A DNA stretch of 63,999 bases, filler included, from Dirinaria sp. TL-2023a (GCA_051941275.1; 8 parts of 8 records of this genome joined end to end with filler, not necessarily neighbours in it); one strand, 5' to 3'. Counted from the whole stretch's first letter, positions 1 to 13,194 are shown. The notes: a model not told the origin generated them from the sequence alone. Numbers and translations are program-made.

Positions 1-26
1 AAAAAAAAAAAAAAAGCTTCCCCCCC

Positions 27-809
27 CTACCCCTTCCGCGCAATAATATAAAACCGCGGCTCCTCAGGCGCCTCCTCCGCCCTCGGACAAAAACTCTGCG
101 CCTTCTCGACCAAAACCTCGAACCCCGCATCCCTCAACAACTTCTTCCACCCCTCACGTGTATAAACCGTGACCAAGATGCGATTGCCCAAGAAAATATT
201 CTCGATGCCGGTGGCGCAGCCGGTCTCGGGATCGAATCTCGTGTCCGCGTTTTTCATGTGGTAGATGCCTGCGACTTCGTCGCCTCCGTCCGCCGTGATG
301 GTGCAGAGGAGGAGGTAACCTCCGGGGCGAAGCCACTGGGACCAGTTCCGTGCCATCTGGACATGGTCTTGGGGCGAGAGCTCGAAGTGGGAGAAACTCG
401 CTACGATGCCGTTGTAGGACTGGGTGTTATTATTATTATTATCGTTATCCGGGGAGGAGGAGGCAGCGGGGGGAGGGGGAACAAAGTCGAGCATGTTCAC
501 CACCTGGTATGTTCCCCCCGGCACCTGTTTCTGGCAGAGCGATACCATCCCCGCGGCGATGTCGATGCCGTGGTAGTGGTGCGGTCCGCTGCTGTGGTCG
601 GCGATGGTGCGCGCGATGGGTTTTCCCGTGCCGCAACCGCATTCGAGGATCGTGGAGTGGGGAGGGAGGTGGTTGAGCCATTGCTGCACGATCGCGACGA
701 GGCCTGGGTCTTGGCTGTAGGCTTCTTCGTATTTCATGCCTAGATCGCTCCAGAATTGGCTGTCGAGGACGCGGGCGGAGGAGGATTGTGGTTGGGTTGC
801 TGGTTCCAT
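27..809 (-). CDS. Class I SAM-dependent methyltransferase
   Basis: 260-aa ORF. Motif I ILECGCGTG, acidic post-I motif GIDIAAGMV, and later WLRPGGYLL motif. Confidence 0.85.
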   Translation of the reverse strand: MEPATQPQSSSARVLDSQFWSDLGMKYEEAYSQDPGLVAIVQQWLNHLPPHSTILECGCGTGKPIARTIADHSSGPHHYHGIDIAAGMVSLCQKQVPGGTYQVVNMLDFVPPPPAASSSPDNDNNNNNTQSYNGIVASFSHFELSPQDHVQMARNWSQWLRPGGYLLLCTITADGGDEVAGIYHMKNADTRFDPETGCATGIENIFLGNRILVTVYTREGWKKLLRDAGFEVLVEKAQSFCPRAEEAPEEPRFYIIARKG

Positions 810-2125
810 TTTTTTGAGATACCTGGGGAGGGAGGTTGAGTCTTTCTTTGGCTTGCTAAGGGAAGTTCTTTCTTGCTGTTGATTGGAGTTGGATGAAGAT
901 GGCGGAATAGGAAATCTTCAGTGTTCGGGGGCATGTAATTATGTATTTACAGACTCGTGGGATACATGGTTGACATAAGATATGACGCGTGGGGAGAGCG
1001 GGATATTCATGCCTGGGATCTGGCGGGGTTGCGAGCTGCACGTCGCTCAAGTTGGAAGGTGCCGGCTACCTATGCAAGAAGCAGACTGCATTGATTGCCT
1101 ACCTGGACGTAGGTACAAGGTTGTAGCTCATATGCCCCCAAGAGGGTGTAAAAAGAAAGATACATACATCGGATAGAAGATACGTAGTGAGAAACATCAC
1201 AACTAGGTATGTGTGAGTCAAAACTCCCAGAACACGGTAAACGATCTAGAAATGGATCTGAAAGAGCATACCTTATGCAAATCTATATATGCCTAAATTT
1301 GAAATGATGTTTGGTCGAGAGTGGTAATCAACCCCCACTCATTGCCGACATCTTCAAGATGAACCCAAAAATCTCCATGAAGCCATTGCAAACGCCGAGG
1401 GGTTTGGTAAAGTCCGAAGTTCGAACGCAAAATTCGGGCCTGAGCTTTTGCTTTTCTTTTCTTTTCTATTTCCTTCTTTTTTTTTCTGTTGATTGCTGGC
1501 AATACAAGGATGTTGGGTTCTTTAATGGGTGCTGGGCCTACCTCAGTTGAAGTTGTGTATGCATACGATCACAAATCTGATTGTTTTATTGGAAGGGTGT
1601 TGGTGGCATGTGATGTAAGATACGAGGTAAGGGCTGCAGGATATGCGCGGCATTGGACACAGGGTTAAACGGAGAAAAAGAGGTTGCGAAGGAAGCCGCC
1701 GAGGAGGGAACTGTACTGAGTAGAAAAGACAGCTGAGAAGAATGATGAAGAGGATTCCGATGAGAAGAGATGTGGGTCGAAATCGAACAGCGAGATGAAG
1801 AAGAGCAGGGGCCGGAAAATACCAAGAAGACACAAACCACGAGTATTAGGCGAGAAGGATTTGAGGGAACAAGCTTACGTCGTAGGTCAGGTCTGGAGTG
1901 AACGACAACGAGCGTGTTCTATCTCTGAACGCGGCACAGATTGCTTGAGAGGTGCATGTTGTCGAGTAAATAAACCTGATCTAGGAAAGAGAATGATTTG
2001 AAAGTCAATGGCTATAGTTCAAAGGTCTCGCCTTCGTCCGTTTGCCCGTCTGATTCCTAACGCCGACCATACGCCTTGATGGGGATGGATGTCCTGTAAC
2101 AGCGAGCAGTAGAGCAAAAATCAGA

Positions 2126-3619
2126 TCACGGATACGCATCGCCCCACATCTCACTTTCCTCCTCAACTTTATCATCGATAGTTGCAACCCTCCGTCCTTC
2201 CTCTTTCTCTTTCCTCTTCCTCTCTTCTCGCGTCACCAACCGACTGGGGGTCATTGGTGTAAGCGGAGTAAATGGCATGTAAGGGCTATAGGGCGTTGAT
2301 GGCACGCCAGTCCGGGGCCCTTCAAGATGACGGTTATGAGGTCTACTTTCGAGGACTGTGGCCTTGATCATTGATGGAGGCCTGGTAGTCCTATCTGAAT
2401 TGAGATTGCGCAGAGGTAGCGGAGCAGTACGGAGAGAAGACTGAGTACCAGGCACAAGGCTGTTGCCTTGAGTACGTATAGCAAGGGGAGGAGGTGCTCT
2501 CTTTGGCTTCTGTGATGAGTTGGTCCCATTGCTCTGCTGAGATTCTCGCGGGCTGGAGGTTTCGATTCTAGGGAGAGATGTCCGCGGGAATTCGGTATGC
2601 CTCGGGCTCATCCGATCAGCGTCTATACGTTCTTCCTGGCGCTGGTATGCCCCTCGCTGAGGTGGAGTGGGAGGTGGTGGACCTGGTTCATAGTGCCTTG
2701 GACTCAACGGTTCTGCGTCGCCGTATGTACTGTTGTACTCCGGTACTAGCTCCGGTGAGCCTATCGGTGGAGAGATGGGTAAGTTTCGAATGCCACGCTT
2801 CTTGCCAAAACTCCCAAAAGATGACCGAGACGAAGCACGGCTGGTTGTGGTGATGGGGGATGGTCGTGGATGTTTCCTGGGCGAAGTTGTGGTCGATAGG
2901 CCGGGCGACTTAGTGTCATTGCGGGGTGGGTATGATTGCTGCTGGGTCGCAGACGAGTTACGAAGGTGCTGTAGCTCCGGAGGATTCTGTTGTTGCTGGG
3001 TACTCTTGTTGAGCGTACTCGTAGACTTGAGCTCGTCATGCTCCATTACAGCTGCATATAGACGTTCCATTTCCAGCTGGTTCTTGGCTTTGTCGTCCTC
3101 GATGACGCTCTCGTCGAACGTCATGACGCTGCTCTGGATTGATGTCTTCTTGTTGTGGCCTGCGCTCCGTTGGAAGGAGTACCCCAAATCGCTCTTCTGC
3201 GGGCTTGGCCACATGTCCCTCGTATCCACTGTGCTGCTTGGGCTCTTTCCGTATGGAAGCTGACTTGTTGGTGATATCGGTGAAGGATCGAAAACTTGGG
3301 GAACGTCTGTCCTCATAGGCTTCACCATCTCCATTACCAATGTTCTCGGTGACGATTGGGCAGCTCGGCGAAGTCGACGGCCAACAAGAAGCAACGCGAC
3401 ACCGATGAAAACCACGAACAGGGCGTATGCTCCGATGATTGATGCTATCTGGGCTGGAAGGTACGCTTTATCCCGGATGGCGTTGGCAGCTGCTGGTGGA
3501 CCGTCTTCCGGAGCTGGAGCGGGGCCTTCGTCGATGCTTACATGCCAGATGTCTCTGGGGGTTGCGGCCACAGAGGAGAGGAGAAAAATCAGGTATTGTA
3601 GTTGGGCAACCTCGAGCAT
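2126..3619 (-). CDS. Hypothetical single-pass membrane protein with Pro/Ser/Thr-rich cytoplasmic tail
   Basis: 497-aa ATG ORF. Signal-peptide-like N-terminus, one TM segment (IASIIGAYALFVVFIGVALLLVG) followed by RRLRR, long low-complexity tail. Confidence 0.75.
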   Translation of the reverse strand: MLEVAQLQYLIFLLSSVAATPRDIWHVSIDEGPAPAPEDGPPAAANAIRDKAYLPAQIASIIGAYALFVVFIGVALLLVGRRLRRAAQSSPRTLVMEMVKPMRTDVPQVFDPSPISPTSQLPYGKSPSSTVDTRDMWPSPQKSDLGYSFQRSAGHNKKTSIQSSVMTFDESVIEDDKAKNQLEMERLYAAVMEHDELKSTSTLNKSTQQQQNPPELQHLRNSSATQQQSYPPRNDTKSPGLSTTTSPRKHPRPSPITTTSRASSRSSFGSFGKKRGIRNLPISPPIGSPELVPEYNSTYGDAEPLSPRHYEPGPPPPTPPQRGAYQRQEERIDADRMSPRHTEFPRTSLPRIETSSPRESQQSNGTNSSQKPKRAPPPLAIRTQGNSLVPGTQSSLRTAPLPLRNLNSDRTTRPPSMIKATVLESRPHNRHLEGPRTGVPSTPYSPYMPFTPLTPMTPSRLVTREERKRKEKEEGRRVATIDDKVEEESEMWGDAYP

Positions 3620-5041
3620 TGTCGTTTATCAACTATGTTGACTTGTTTCGAATGCCCTGGGTGCTTCGAAGTATTTCATGCGTGAATGTCTGAAACGGAG
3701 GAAAAGGGTCGTTGAAGAGAAGTGCATATTGGGACTGGCTGACTGGGTAGCACGGGCGGCTGCTGCAGTGCTGGGGGGGGTTTAGGATGTGCAGATTCGG
3801 TGGGGTTGGGAGGAAAGAGGTGATAGAGGCGATCGATTGGCTTGAGGAAGGTGAGAGAGCTGCAGTTAAGCGCCGAGATGGTGACTAGAAAAGGAATGGT
3901 CGGGGGATGGTCAGGGATGATTGCCAAGCAAGCCAGGATACTTGCAGAGGCTCGAGGGATTCGTCGTTCTTGGCAGGGCGAGCAACGGCACTTGCGGCGT
4001 TTTAGCTGCTTCTTCTTCTTCGTCTTCTTCTTGCAGCTTGTCAGTGGAAGACTTGGAGTCAGCTACTTTACCTTTCCCCTCCCTCGCCCCCTCTCTCCCT
4101 CTTCCCATCACAAAGAGTTGCCTTGATCACCTTCCGCGCCGTCCAGCCGTTGTCTCCGAATATTGATGTACCAGGTTCCTGATAGCACCACCAATCTGCC
4201 CACCACAAACGTATCATTGTCTCCGATTTCTATTTCGCCTGCGATACTTCGTGCGGCAAGATACACTGCTGCTGACATCGCTTCATTCCTCACCTCTTCC
4301 CCCTGCCACAATCGTACCCTTACTTCAGATGTTCGAGCTTCAGGGACTGCAGGCTCCTCCGTGGCTGCTCGATAAATATTAGTTCATTATCAAGATTTAG
4401 ATTTCCAATCAAACAGCTGATCACATCACTTACCATGGGAGTCGGGTCTTGAATGCAGTTCTGGTAGCTCGATCTCTTGCTCGGTGTGATCGTCACACGG
4501 TTCTCGGCGATGTCTATGGAGCCATCTTCGCAGCCGAGCCCGAATACGCCGGAAACCTACTCTGATGATGTTAGGCATCTAATGCGGCAATTAGTCTATC
4601 TTCAAACATGTTTCAGGCGTCTATGACTTGCATCCTGAAACTACTCAGTGCATTGTTTGATGAAGTGATTGTTTGATACGCGCAATGTCAATTCTATATG
4701 GTATAATCGGACGCGTCTCAGAAATTTTCAACACGGCATAACATATCTTGTTCATGTCGGTTCCCATTTCAACAAGTCGTCAATTCGTTTTTCCATGTGT
4801 AGCCGTTTCAAAGTGTTGTGGCACAGGCCGGGGAAGGGTAGTACTGATAGCAGGTCAAATCTCATTGAGAATGTTAGCAGAATTCAAGCACAGGCAGGGT
4901 CAGATGACACAACGGCTCAATCACATTGGCATTACCCAGTGTAATACCATCACAGCTCAGTCACACGATGTCTTTAAGGTAACCAGTAAGGTAATCAGCA
5001 CCAAACCTGTATATAGAAGAACGGTGGGCCCGGGGTTCCCT

Positions 5042-6053
5042 TCACTTATGCCATTTCTTGACAAAGTCAATCAAAGCATTGTCTACTTCTTGAGCATGTG
5101 AAGCACTCAGGAAATGCTGCCCATGCTGAACAGTAACAAGCTGAGCTTCTGGCGAGTTTGTGAACATCTTGATCTCTTCCTCGGCATTTTTGACCGAGTA
5201 TACCGGATCATCTGTGCCCTGTACTTATTGTCAGTGTCAATCCAGATTCACAGACACCACTATGAATCTTGCACTAACTTGCAGCCACATGACCGGGCAT
5301 TTCACATCGAAGATCCTCGCATGAAGTCCATCGCGATCACGCAAATTGATCGCTGCCATCCTGACTCTACGCCTCCCGTCATCTCCTTGGTAGTTACCCT
5401 TGATGGTCTTCAACCAGAAGTCTCGGACGCTGCTATCGCATTTCTTCCCGAAACCAAGATCGATCAAGAAGTTGCAATATTCGTCAGTGGGTTCGAAGTC
5501 TGGTGTTGTCTGCTTGGTGGTCCACTCATCGATATTGCCCGTGAGCGATGTTGGTCCATCCCAGCAGCCAAGCGTGCGGGAACGCTCCGACTCAAAATCG
5601 AGGGAAGTGCCGAGAGGAATGATACCCTCGATCTTTTCCTGGAGTGATTAGCTGAGATGCTGTTATAGCAAGAAGCTGCCTCAGGCGTACTTTATCCGGT
5701 CCCAGCAAGGCCATTCGTACTGAGATCCATCCACCTTGACTCGTACCGAGGACAAAGGCTTTCTTTACGCCCAATGCTTCCATGACCTGCAAATTCATGA
5801 TTGCGGTATCCCAGTACGTCCAATTCTCAGCTTTGGTCCTGGTCTGGCCATGTCCCAAAAGCTCGATGGCCAGTAAATTCATGGCAGAAGTGAGCTTCTC
5901 ATTCTGATATTGACTCTCGTAGAGCTCCGAGGATGTGGTAAAGGAATTCACAAGGATAAGCGTGGGCTTGGAGGGATCGTAGCTGCGTGGCATCTGGTAG
6001 CCTGCAGTGATCCCTCCAAGATGAGGGACCTGTACAGTCTTCGTATTCGACAT
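5042..6053 (-). CDS. Alpha/beta hydrolase (3 exons)
   Basis: GHGQT and GTSQGG nucleophile elbow in exon 1. Intron donors at ~5690 and ~5280. The last exon has GTDD (Asp) and GQHF (His) and ends KKWHK-TGA at 5042-5044. Confidence 0.85.
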
Positions 6054-7212
6054 TTTGAAGCCTTAAATTGGATTATGTATTGTGTGGAGAAAGACTCAAA
6101 AGTCAACTCGACTTTCAGAACGAAGCCCTTACGCAAATGGATCAACTGTACCGTATAACTTGCAGAGCAGAGAACAGAAATACCATAACTTAGAGCCTTT
6201 ATTACTCTTCCACGATTGATGTGGAGGAACTTTCTGATGCGGAGAAGAGCACGATTCTACGTCATCGCCTGCTGCAATTGATCAGAAGCATCCAACCGAA
6301 GAGCTTGGCTTGATGTTATTCCCGAACTATCGCTGGGAATATTGGGAAGTACACATCCAGAAAGCACATATTCAAGACCTTCAGTGCTCCATCAATTTGT
6401 AATAGAAAACCCAATGTAACGGCATTCGCAAGTAGAATAGCTCTAAAACCTGAGAGGAATCAAACCAGATGTCGCCCCTGAAGAAAAAGCCGCCTACCCA
6501 TTTGACTAAAACGCTACTTCAAATCCCAAACCCAGATATGTTAAAAAAGAAGAAGAAAAGAAAAAGGGATCTGAAAAGCACTCGAGCGAATACCCTCTGC
6601 TTTTCGGCGATGAGAAAACTCGAAAACCCTACTTATGATGCAATCTAATTGTTGCAACATCGACGCCTGGCCAAATTCAGGCTCAAAACCAACCTGCCAG
6701 AGAGAAAGATTCTGATTCGACCATGATTCTCTCCGGATTGATTTGAAGGACGAGATTGGAAACCTCTAGGCAATTGACTTTAAGAATAGTGCCCTCCCCG
6801 GCACTTCTAAATGCTACCTAGAGTCTTCTCTGGCTAGCGCAATCAGTGCCAAGACAGCATTGATAGAGACTTTGACTATCGTTGGCCTTGGGGGAAGTTT
6901 AGGTGGTTGCTTTACCAAAGAGGCTCACTAAGCACTGTCTGTAACCACTAACCAGGGCCTCCCTTGATAAGGCCCACGCCTCAAACTGCAGGGGCGTCTT
7001 TAGCCGCCTCAGCCGCCAACCCCAAACTTCGAAATGTCGTCACAATTTGTGCCGGACTTGGATTAATTGAACAGGCAGCAACATATTTGAACGTCGATAA
7101 ATACCATCGAACAGTATCTAAGCGCATATCCATCTACTCACAACCTGAATGCTCCTCTAAGCTCAGCTTCTCAAGCCGTAACGCTCTCTTCTTCCTCTCA
7201 ATTCCCCCCACA

Positions 7213-8095
7213 ATGGCATCAATCATCCGTCCCCTCCTGCAAGCGACCAACTTCTCCTCCCCTTTCCTTCGAACACTGGTCCCTTCAGTATCCCTTGCAT
7301 ACGCGCTCCAAGGTCTCGTAGCCATCCCCTCCATCGCGGCCCAAACCGAGCGGTTCTACGACTTATCAGGCTCCCTAACCTACATCTCCTGCACCGCACT
7401 AAGTCTATACCTGCCTACGATCCGAGCTCGCTACGCGGCCGCCGCAGCAGGGAGTGTGAAGCCAGCATGGCCGAGCCTGATCCAAGCAGCGATGGGGAAC
7501 AGCGCTGGACTAAACTGGAGACAAGTGCTGCTGAGCGCGGCGGTCAGCATCTGGGCGACACGATGTATGATACAACTCCACAATTCCCCACATCCTTCCT
7601 GAACATACATTCCCAAAAAAAAAAAAAAAAAAAAAATCCAAACACGCTAACATATCCCCTAAAGTGGGCTCCTATTTATTCCAAAGGATCAGCGCCGACG
7701 GCTCCGACTCGCGCTTCGACAACATCCGACAGTCACCCCCAAAATTCCTCGGCGCATTCTTCGCCCAAGCAACCTGGGTCTCTTTATGCCTGATGCCGGT
7801 ACTAGCCATCAACTCCGTGCCCGCGGGGATATTCGCCTCCTTACCCGCCTCAGTCGCCCTAACCGATATCCTCGGCCTCCTGCTATACACAGGCGGGCTA
7901 AGTTTCGAAGTGGCCGCGGACCGGCAAAAGGACAAATGGGTGCAGGAGAAGAAGCAGAAGAAACACTCGGAGGAGTTCCTCACGCGCGGGCTCTGGAGCA
8001 AGAGCCGGCACCCGAACTACTTCGGCGAGAGCACGCTGTGGACGGGAATCGCGGTGCTGGCGGGCGGGGTGCTGTGCCGCAACGCGGGCCAGGCG
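7213..8095 (+). CDS. DUF1295 / steroid 5-alpha-reductase-like membrane protein, 3' truncated by contig end
   Basis: ERFYDLSGS, DSRFD, EVAADRQK and GLWSKSRHPNYFGE motifs. GT-AG intron ~7565-7663. Confidence 0.85.
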
Positions 8096-8195
8096 NNNNN
8101 NNNNNNNNNNNNNNNNNNNNNNNNNNNNNNNNNNNNNNNTTAATTAATTAANNNNNNNNNNNNNNNNNNNNNNNNNNNNNNNNNNNNNNNNNNNN
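8096..8195. other. Artificial contig linker
   Basis: 100 nt: N-run + TTAATTAATTAA (stops in all six frames) + N-run. Confidence 0.98.
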
Positions 8196-9676
8196 TCCAT
8201 AGACCGAAACCCTCCAGGGGGGGACTTGGGTATCTTAATCTTATCTTGACTCAGGACTGGATTTTATACTATCTACTCTAGTCTAATGTAGTCTGATGTA
8301 ATCTTGTAGACATTACTTAAACCTACCTAAAAGGATAGACTGATTTTTATCTTCCTCATCCTCGTCGTTCTAGCGATACTTATCTAGGGTTGTACCGGTA
8401 AAGGGATGTGAGATCTTATCCCGACTTCTACTCTTTAATGCTTAATGCAGTGTATCGTGTATCGTGCAAGCAAGCTTATCTTTTCATTCGTAGCTATCTA
8501 TGCTTGACATATCAATCCATCTCCCTTCCTCTTTAAAAAAAAAAGAGAGAGAGAGAGAAATAAGTAATCACTCCTCCCCCGCCCTCTCTCTTCGCCCTCT
8601 GTCTCTTCGCCCTCTATTATCCACTCATTCAAATAAGGAAAAATCTAAGCTAAATAAAGGGGGAAAAAGGGGGGTTTGACTTCTACTTCTAACTCGTGAT
8701 TCGTGATGGGAAAGGGAGGGAGATGAGAGAAGAAGAGAAAGCCTGAGGAAAGGAGAAAAGACAGATGTACCCGTACATGACTAGCCATGCAGCTGCATCA
8801 TCCGAACAAATGAAAACGAAAAAAAAAAACAAGAAAAAAAAAGTCAAACATCCCCCAGGACAAACGATGACTATTATTTATGTATCACCTTCTAGATTTC
8901 CTACGCGTAAGACGAGGTATCGAATTTTTGGATTAGCTACCACTATTATTAGGAGTATTCATATATATGTTCCCTATTCCAAGCTCTCATCGTGCAGCAA
9001 TGAATTAAGTCTTCTTTGAGGATTTATAGGTCTAGTACGCGACTAGGAGACTTTTAAATGTTCTGATGTGTTTTTACGGAATTCGTTCGGCTTCTGGAAG
9101 TCTTTCGTGGCGCTCTTGTGCGGAGTCGTGTTAGATCTAGTCATGCGGTTGAAAGGGTTGCTGATCAGAGCCAATATTGTAGATCAGACACGGTCATTGT
9201 GTGCTGAGAAGATATCTGAGGATATGCTTCTGTGGGTGGGACTGTGGTTGGTTGAGATTGGCGATGGAGGGGTTCAGTGATCTAATAGTGGAGGAAGTAT
9301 ATGTTCGAAGCCCTTGAATGAGTTACTTCGTTGATTCTATCGTGATCCATCATCGCAGAGGTATCCATCATCGTAGAGATGGTTTGGCTTTAGTGGTTCA
9401 TCTCAGTGGCAAGTGCTCACGCTTCCTTCGTCATATGACTTGGCTTAGATTCAGTTTTGCGATTCTGATGAAGAGATCTGATCTCCTTATTTCGAAACTG
9501 TCAAATAGACTTGGCCCAATTGCCAGTATCTTCGCGTGAGATCGTCAATATCATCATGGTAAACCACGACTTTGTCGAGTCCGGGGATACGACTACGTTG
9601 AAACCACCCTTTCCAAATCATGGCAGCTTAAGTCGCAAGCTTCTCAGCTGAATAGATACTGCACTGGTCATTGCGT

Positions 9677-12558
9677 TCATATCAAGCTCTCGTATGCATC
9701 TAGTCCTTTCTTTTGAGTGTGCTGCGCGGAATTTGCAGACGCTGGGTTCATGCCAAGTCCGGTGTTGGATCCAAAAGATCCACCATATTGTGTAAGAGGA
9801 TTTGTTCGCTGAGCCTGAGATGGCGGGGGAGCGATGGAGAAGCTAGAGAATGCATTCGGCGTTGCCTGCGAAGACGGAGCAACCGATGAATATGACTGAG
9901 CCTGCGCACCCCGCAAAGTAGACGGAGTATTTGGGATGCTAGGCCAGGGCGTTACCGGAGTTGGAGGTTGCAGGGATGCAAATGAGTTCATTGTATGCGA
10001 ATTTGGCTGAACTGGTTTAGAGGCGTCAGCCGACAATGGCTGAAGTGTAGAAAACGCGCTCATCGATGCGTCTGGTGTAATGGCCCTGGAACCGTGGTTA
10101 CTATAGCTGTTCAAAGCTGAACTCGGGGTCGGGCTCATCGCGGGAGTCGACCACGAGAATACAGGCGCTTGAGCTTGACTAGATTGAGCCCTTTGAACTT
10201 GCGGTCTCATGCTAGCCCCAAGAATGTCATCACTCGGCCCATTAGCAGTTCCTCTCCCAAGAACTAGACGCTCGAAATCGCTTTCTCCCACATCGTCAGT
10301 CCCATTTCGTCCAAACAGAGCATCCGCCGAGCCTAGATTCATGAGATCATTGGTTTGGGAAGCGGCTGAAACACCGGAGCCGTTGGATGAGGACAGATCT
10401 CGCAATTTACGTATCTGCTCCTGCTCAATCTTCGATGATAAAGATTTGATTAGGCTCATGAATTCTTGAAACTGTTGAAGGTTAAGCAGAGGCCCTAGGC
10501 TGAAACTCCACAATATCGGGAGGACATCTGATGCCAAGAAGTCGGTGTCTGCAAGTTTGCCGACCTGCTTAAAGACGGCTAACGCTGCCATCATGACTGC
10601 AGGCTCCTTAGTCTTCATGGCTTTCAATAAGGGCACAACCTTTTCTTGCACAGTGTATTTGTCTAGTATTGCGCTGCTGTTGGGCTTCGCCGGTTTGGAG
10701 GCAGTCATTGCACCATCAAGACCATCGCCAAGCTCTGCGTTGTCCTTGGAAGAGCCACCACAAAGTATAACGAAGGCTTCTAGGCCACGGACCTTGATCC
10801 CAAGACTACTGGTTTTACTGAAGACAGCGGCAACCACAGGGAACACTTCGTTCTTGATGGTCGAGAAATCGAGCACCGAGAGAATTGTTGGGAGGCAGCT
10901 GAGCGACTTATCTACTATCGAGGTTGTCGAAGACTCCAGACCAATCTGTATAATGGGCAGAATGTCCACGATAAGTCAGAATGATGTCGTTTCGTTCGGT
11001 CTTAGCACTTACTTTCTTTGAATTCCTTTCCAGAACAATTCTCAGCAATCATGTCCATATTCTCAAGCACAACGACCAATCCAGCTTCTTTAGCAGTATC
11101 GCGGTCTGCGGGACCAGCTTTACCAGCTGGGGAAAGGAATATATCTCGTAGCTGTGGAATGACCTTCTCCGGAAAGACCCGCTTTGCAGAGGGGAGGATC
11201 TGGATGATTTTAAAAACGTTTTGAAGAATTAGAAACAGTAATTCTCGGTCCTTGGTCTCTTCCAGAAGCGCAGGCAGTACTTTTTTATCCAGCACTGCTT
11301 TTGGGAAATCGTTCAAAATCCTAGGCAGACCTCGCATGAACTGCGATTTCTCGTTGGGAGTCTTTGCTGGTAGAGCGTCGAGGAACCGTATTGAAGAGAC
11401 AAGAATGTTGTCAAAAAATCTGGATTGCTGGAACTCCCGCGCAGTCATGCGCTGGGCTGGCCTTCGGGTTATCAATCTAGGAAGGACAGTAGAAGCGAGG
11501 TCCTTGGGTAAAGGTCTGGAGGACAGAAAGTTGTTGCTTGACGAGGGAACGGATGATGAGGAGCTTAAAAGCTTCTTGTACGTAGACAGATTCCCGTTGG
11601 TTTTGATGGGCGATGTATGTGGTGAGTGATATAGAGCAAGCAACAGAAGGCCCAAGGAGAACATATCGGCCGAAGGCGAGATATTGCTGTCCAAGGCGAA
11701 GTCCGGGGAAGTATAGTCTAGATTCAATTGCAAAGATCGGGGTAAACGGGGTTCATGGTAAAGCACTTCTGACAGGGAAATTGGAGCCAAAGTGTTTTGA
11801 GAATTGGCGTTATCAGGGGGCCCAGCGAACCCAAACCCAGCTATCTTCCAGTCTGACTATGAGATTATCAGCGTTGGCCTATCTTAGAAGCTAAGTTCCT
11901 TATGCTACGAATGTAATAAAATGGAAGGTTCTCAAGCAAGGTAGCATGCACGACCTACCTTGGAATTGACGTATATTGCCTCAGGGTTGAGATTTCCATG
12001 AACAAGACCTGCCGACTCATGAAGGAATTCCAGACCTTGAGCCAGTTGCAGTAGCCCCTTCTGGATTTCCAATTCGTCAATCTCCAGCTCCCTTCTCCGC
12101 TTCTGCCCATCTGCGTCTTCAATAACGAAGCGACTAGGTCTACCTACAACTCCACCAGCTCTCTCCTGATCGTCCTTGTCCTGTAAAAGTCCCGCCAATG
12201 ATGCAGAGACCGGCTCTGTAGCAAATGTCAACCCATTCCGCGTTTCTTCGATGGGCTCTGCAAGTTCTAGGATACATGGATGACGTAGGCGCGCGAGAAG
12301 ATTACATTCCTTCTTGATCCTCGCTATTACTTCTTCATGTAGCTTGCGCAGCCCAGCAGCTCCTGACCGACCTCCCAGCCCTCCGGATTGGGGTTCAAGT
12401 GATTTCCTATCGAAGACGAAGACCGAGACGGCCTTCCCTGTAGACTTCTTCTTGCCATCAAAAACTTTCCATGCTCCGCAGATAGATGTGGGATTGGAGG
12501 CAATGGTGTAATTGGCGGAAATGTTGGACTGGAAGGATTTCAGAGCTGAGCTGAGCAT
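9677..12558 (-). CDS. SCY1: SCY1-like (SCYL2/Ppk32-type) pseudokinase with HEAT repeats, 3 exons
   Basis: N-terminus MLSSALKSFQSNISANY, LARLRHPCIL, VHGNLNPEAI, then DWKIAGLGF after intron 1. HEAT region and Ser/Pro/Gln tail ending GLDAYESLI. Intron 2 acceptor is non-canonical (see findings). Confidence 0.88.
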
Positions 12559-13194
12559 GGCTGTAGCTCAATGAGAGTGTTCGGACTATCTGTCTACCTT
12601 CAAAGACTGAATGTTATTTTCTGCTCATAGGCTTGCTTGAAGGCAGCCAAAGCGCATTTATACTTGGACAACTGGTGAGGACGCATTGTACACAGTCGTG
12701 TATGAAAGACAGAGAGGAATTCGAATTTGGGACTACTGGAACCAAACAATGAAGTAAGAATGGCATGTGGTAGATGCCAAGCTCGCCAAGATACTTCATG
12801 CAGCCTTAGTAATAAGACAAGTGCCAAGAAGATGGAAAATCTTTCCCCCGACTGCTGCGACAACAAGTGAACAACTTTCAGACGGTCGAACCAGACGAGA
12901 CCAGGGAAGATTAGATACTAAGGTAGGAGGTAAGGGCATCCATATGTTTCCCCTATTCGAGCTCGACTCTTTCTGCTCATATGTCAAATTCTTGCTGTGG
13001 CATCCGAGTATCTCGATTAAGCAGTTCTCACTGCTTTTGCGAAGAACGGCCGCGGGCCCTCGAGCTCCGTGGCAAAAAATTCTTTTCATTAATTATAACG
13101 CATTTCTATTTGCGGCAAATGCAGCCTTGAGCGAAGTATCGGCTGTGGATTGGTTTCTCAAACCGAAGAGGCAAATGCTAAGCGAGCAAAAATC

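Noticed and set aside
8140..8151. Recurring TTAATTAATTAA every ~8.1 kb as a biological repeat or array
   Set aside because: Always centred in N-runs; it is a synthetic six-frame stop linker.
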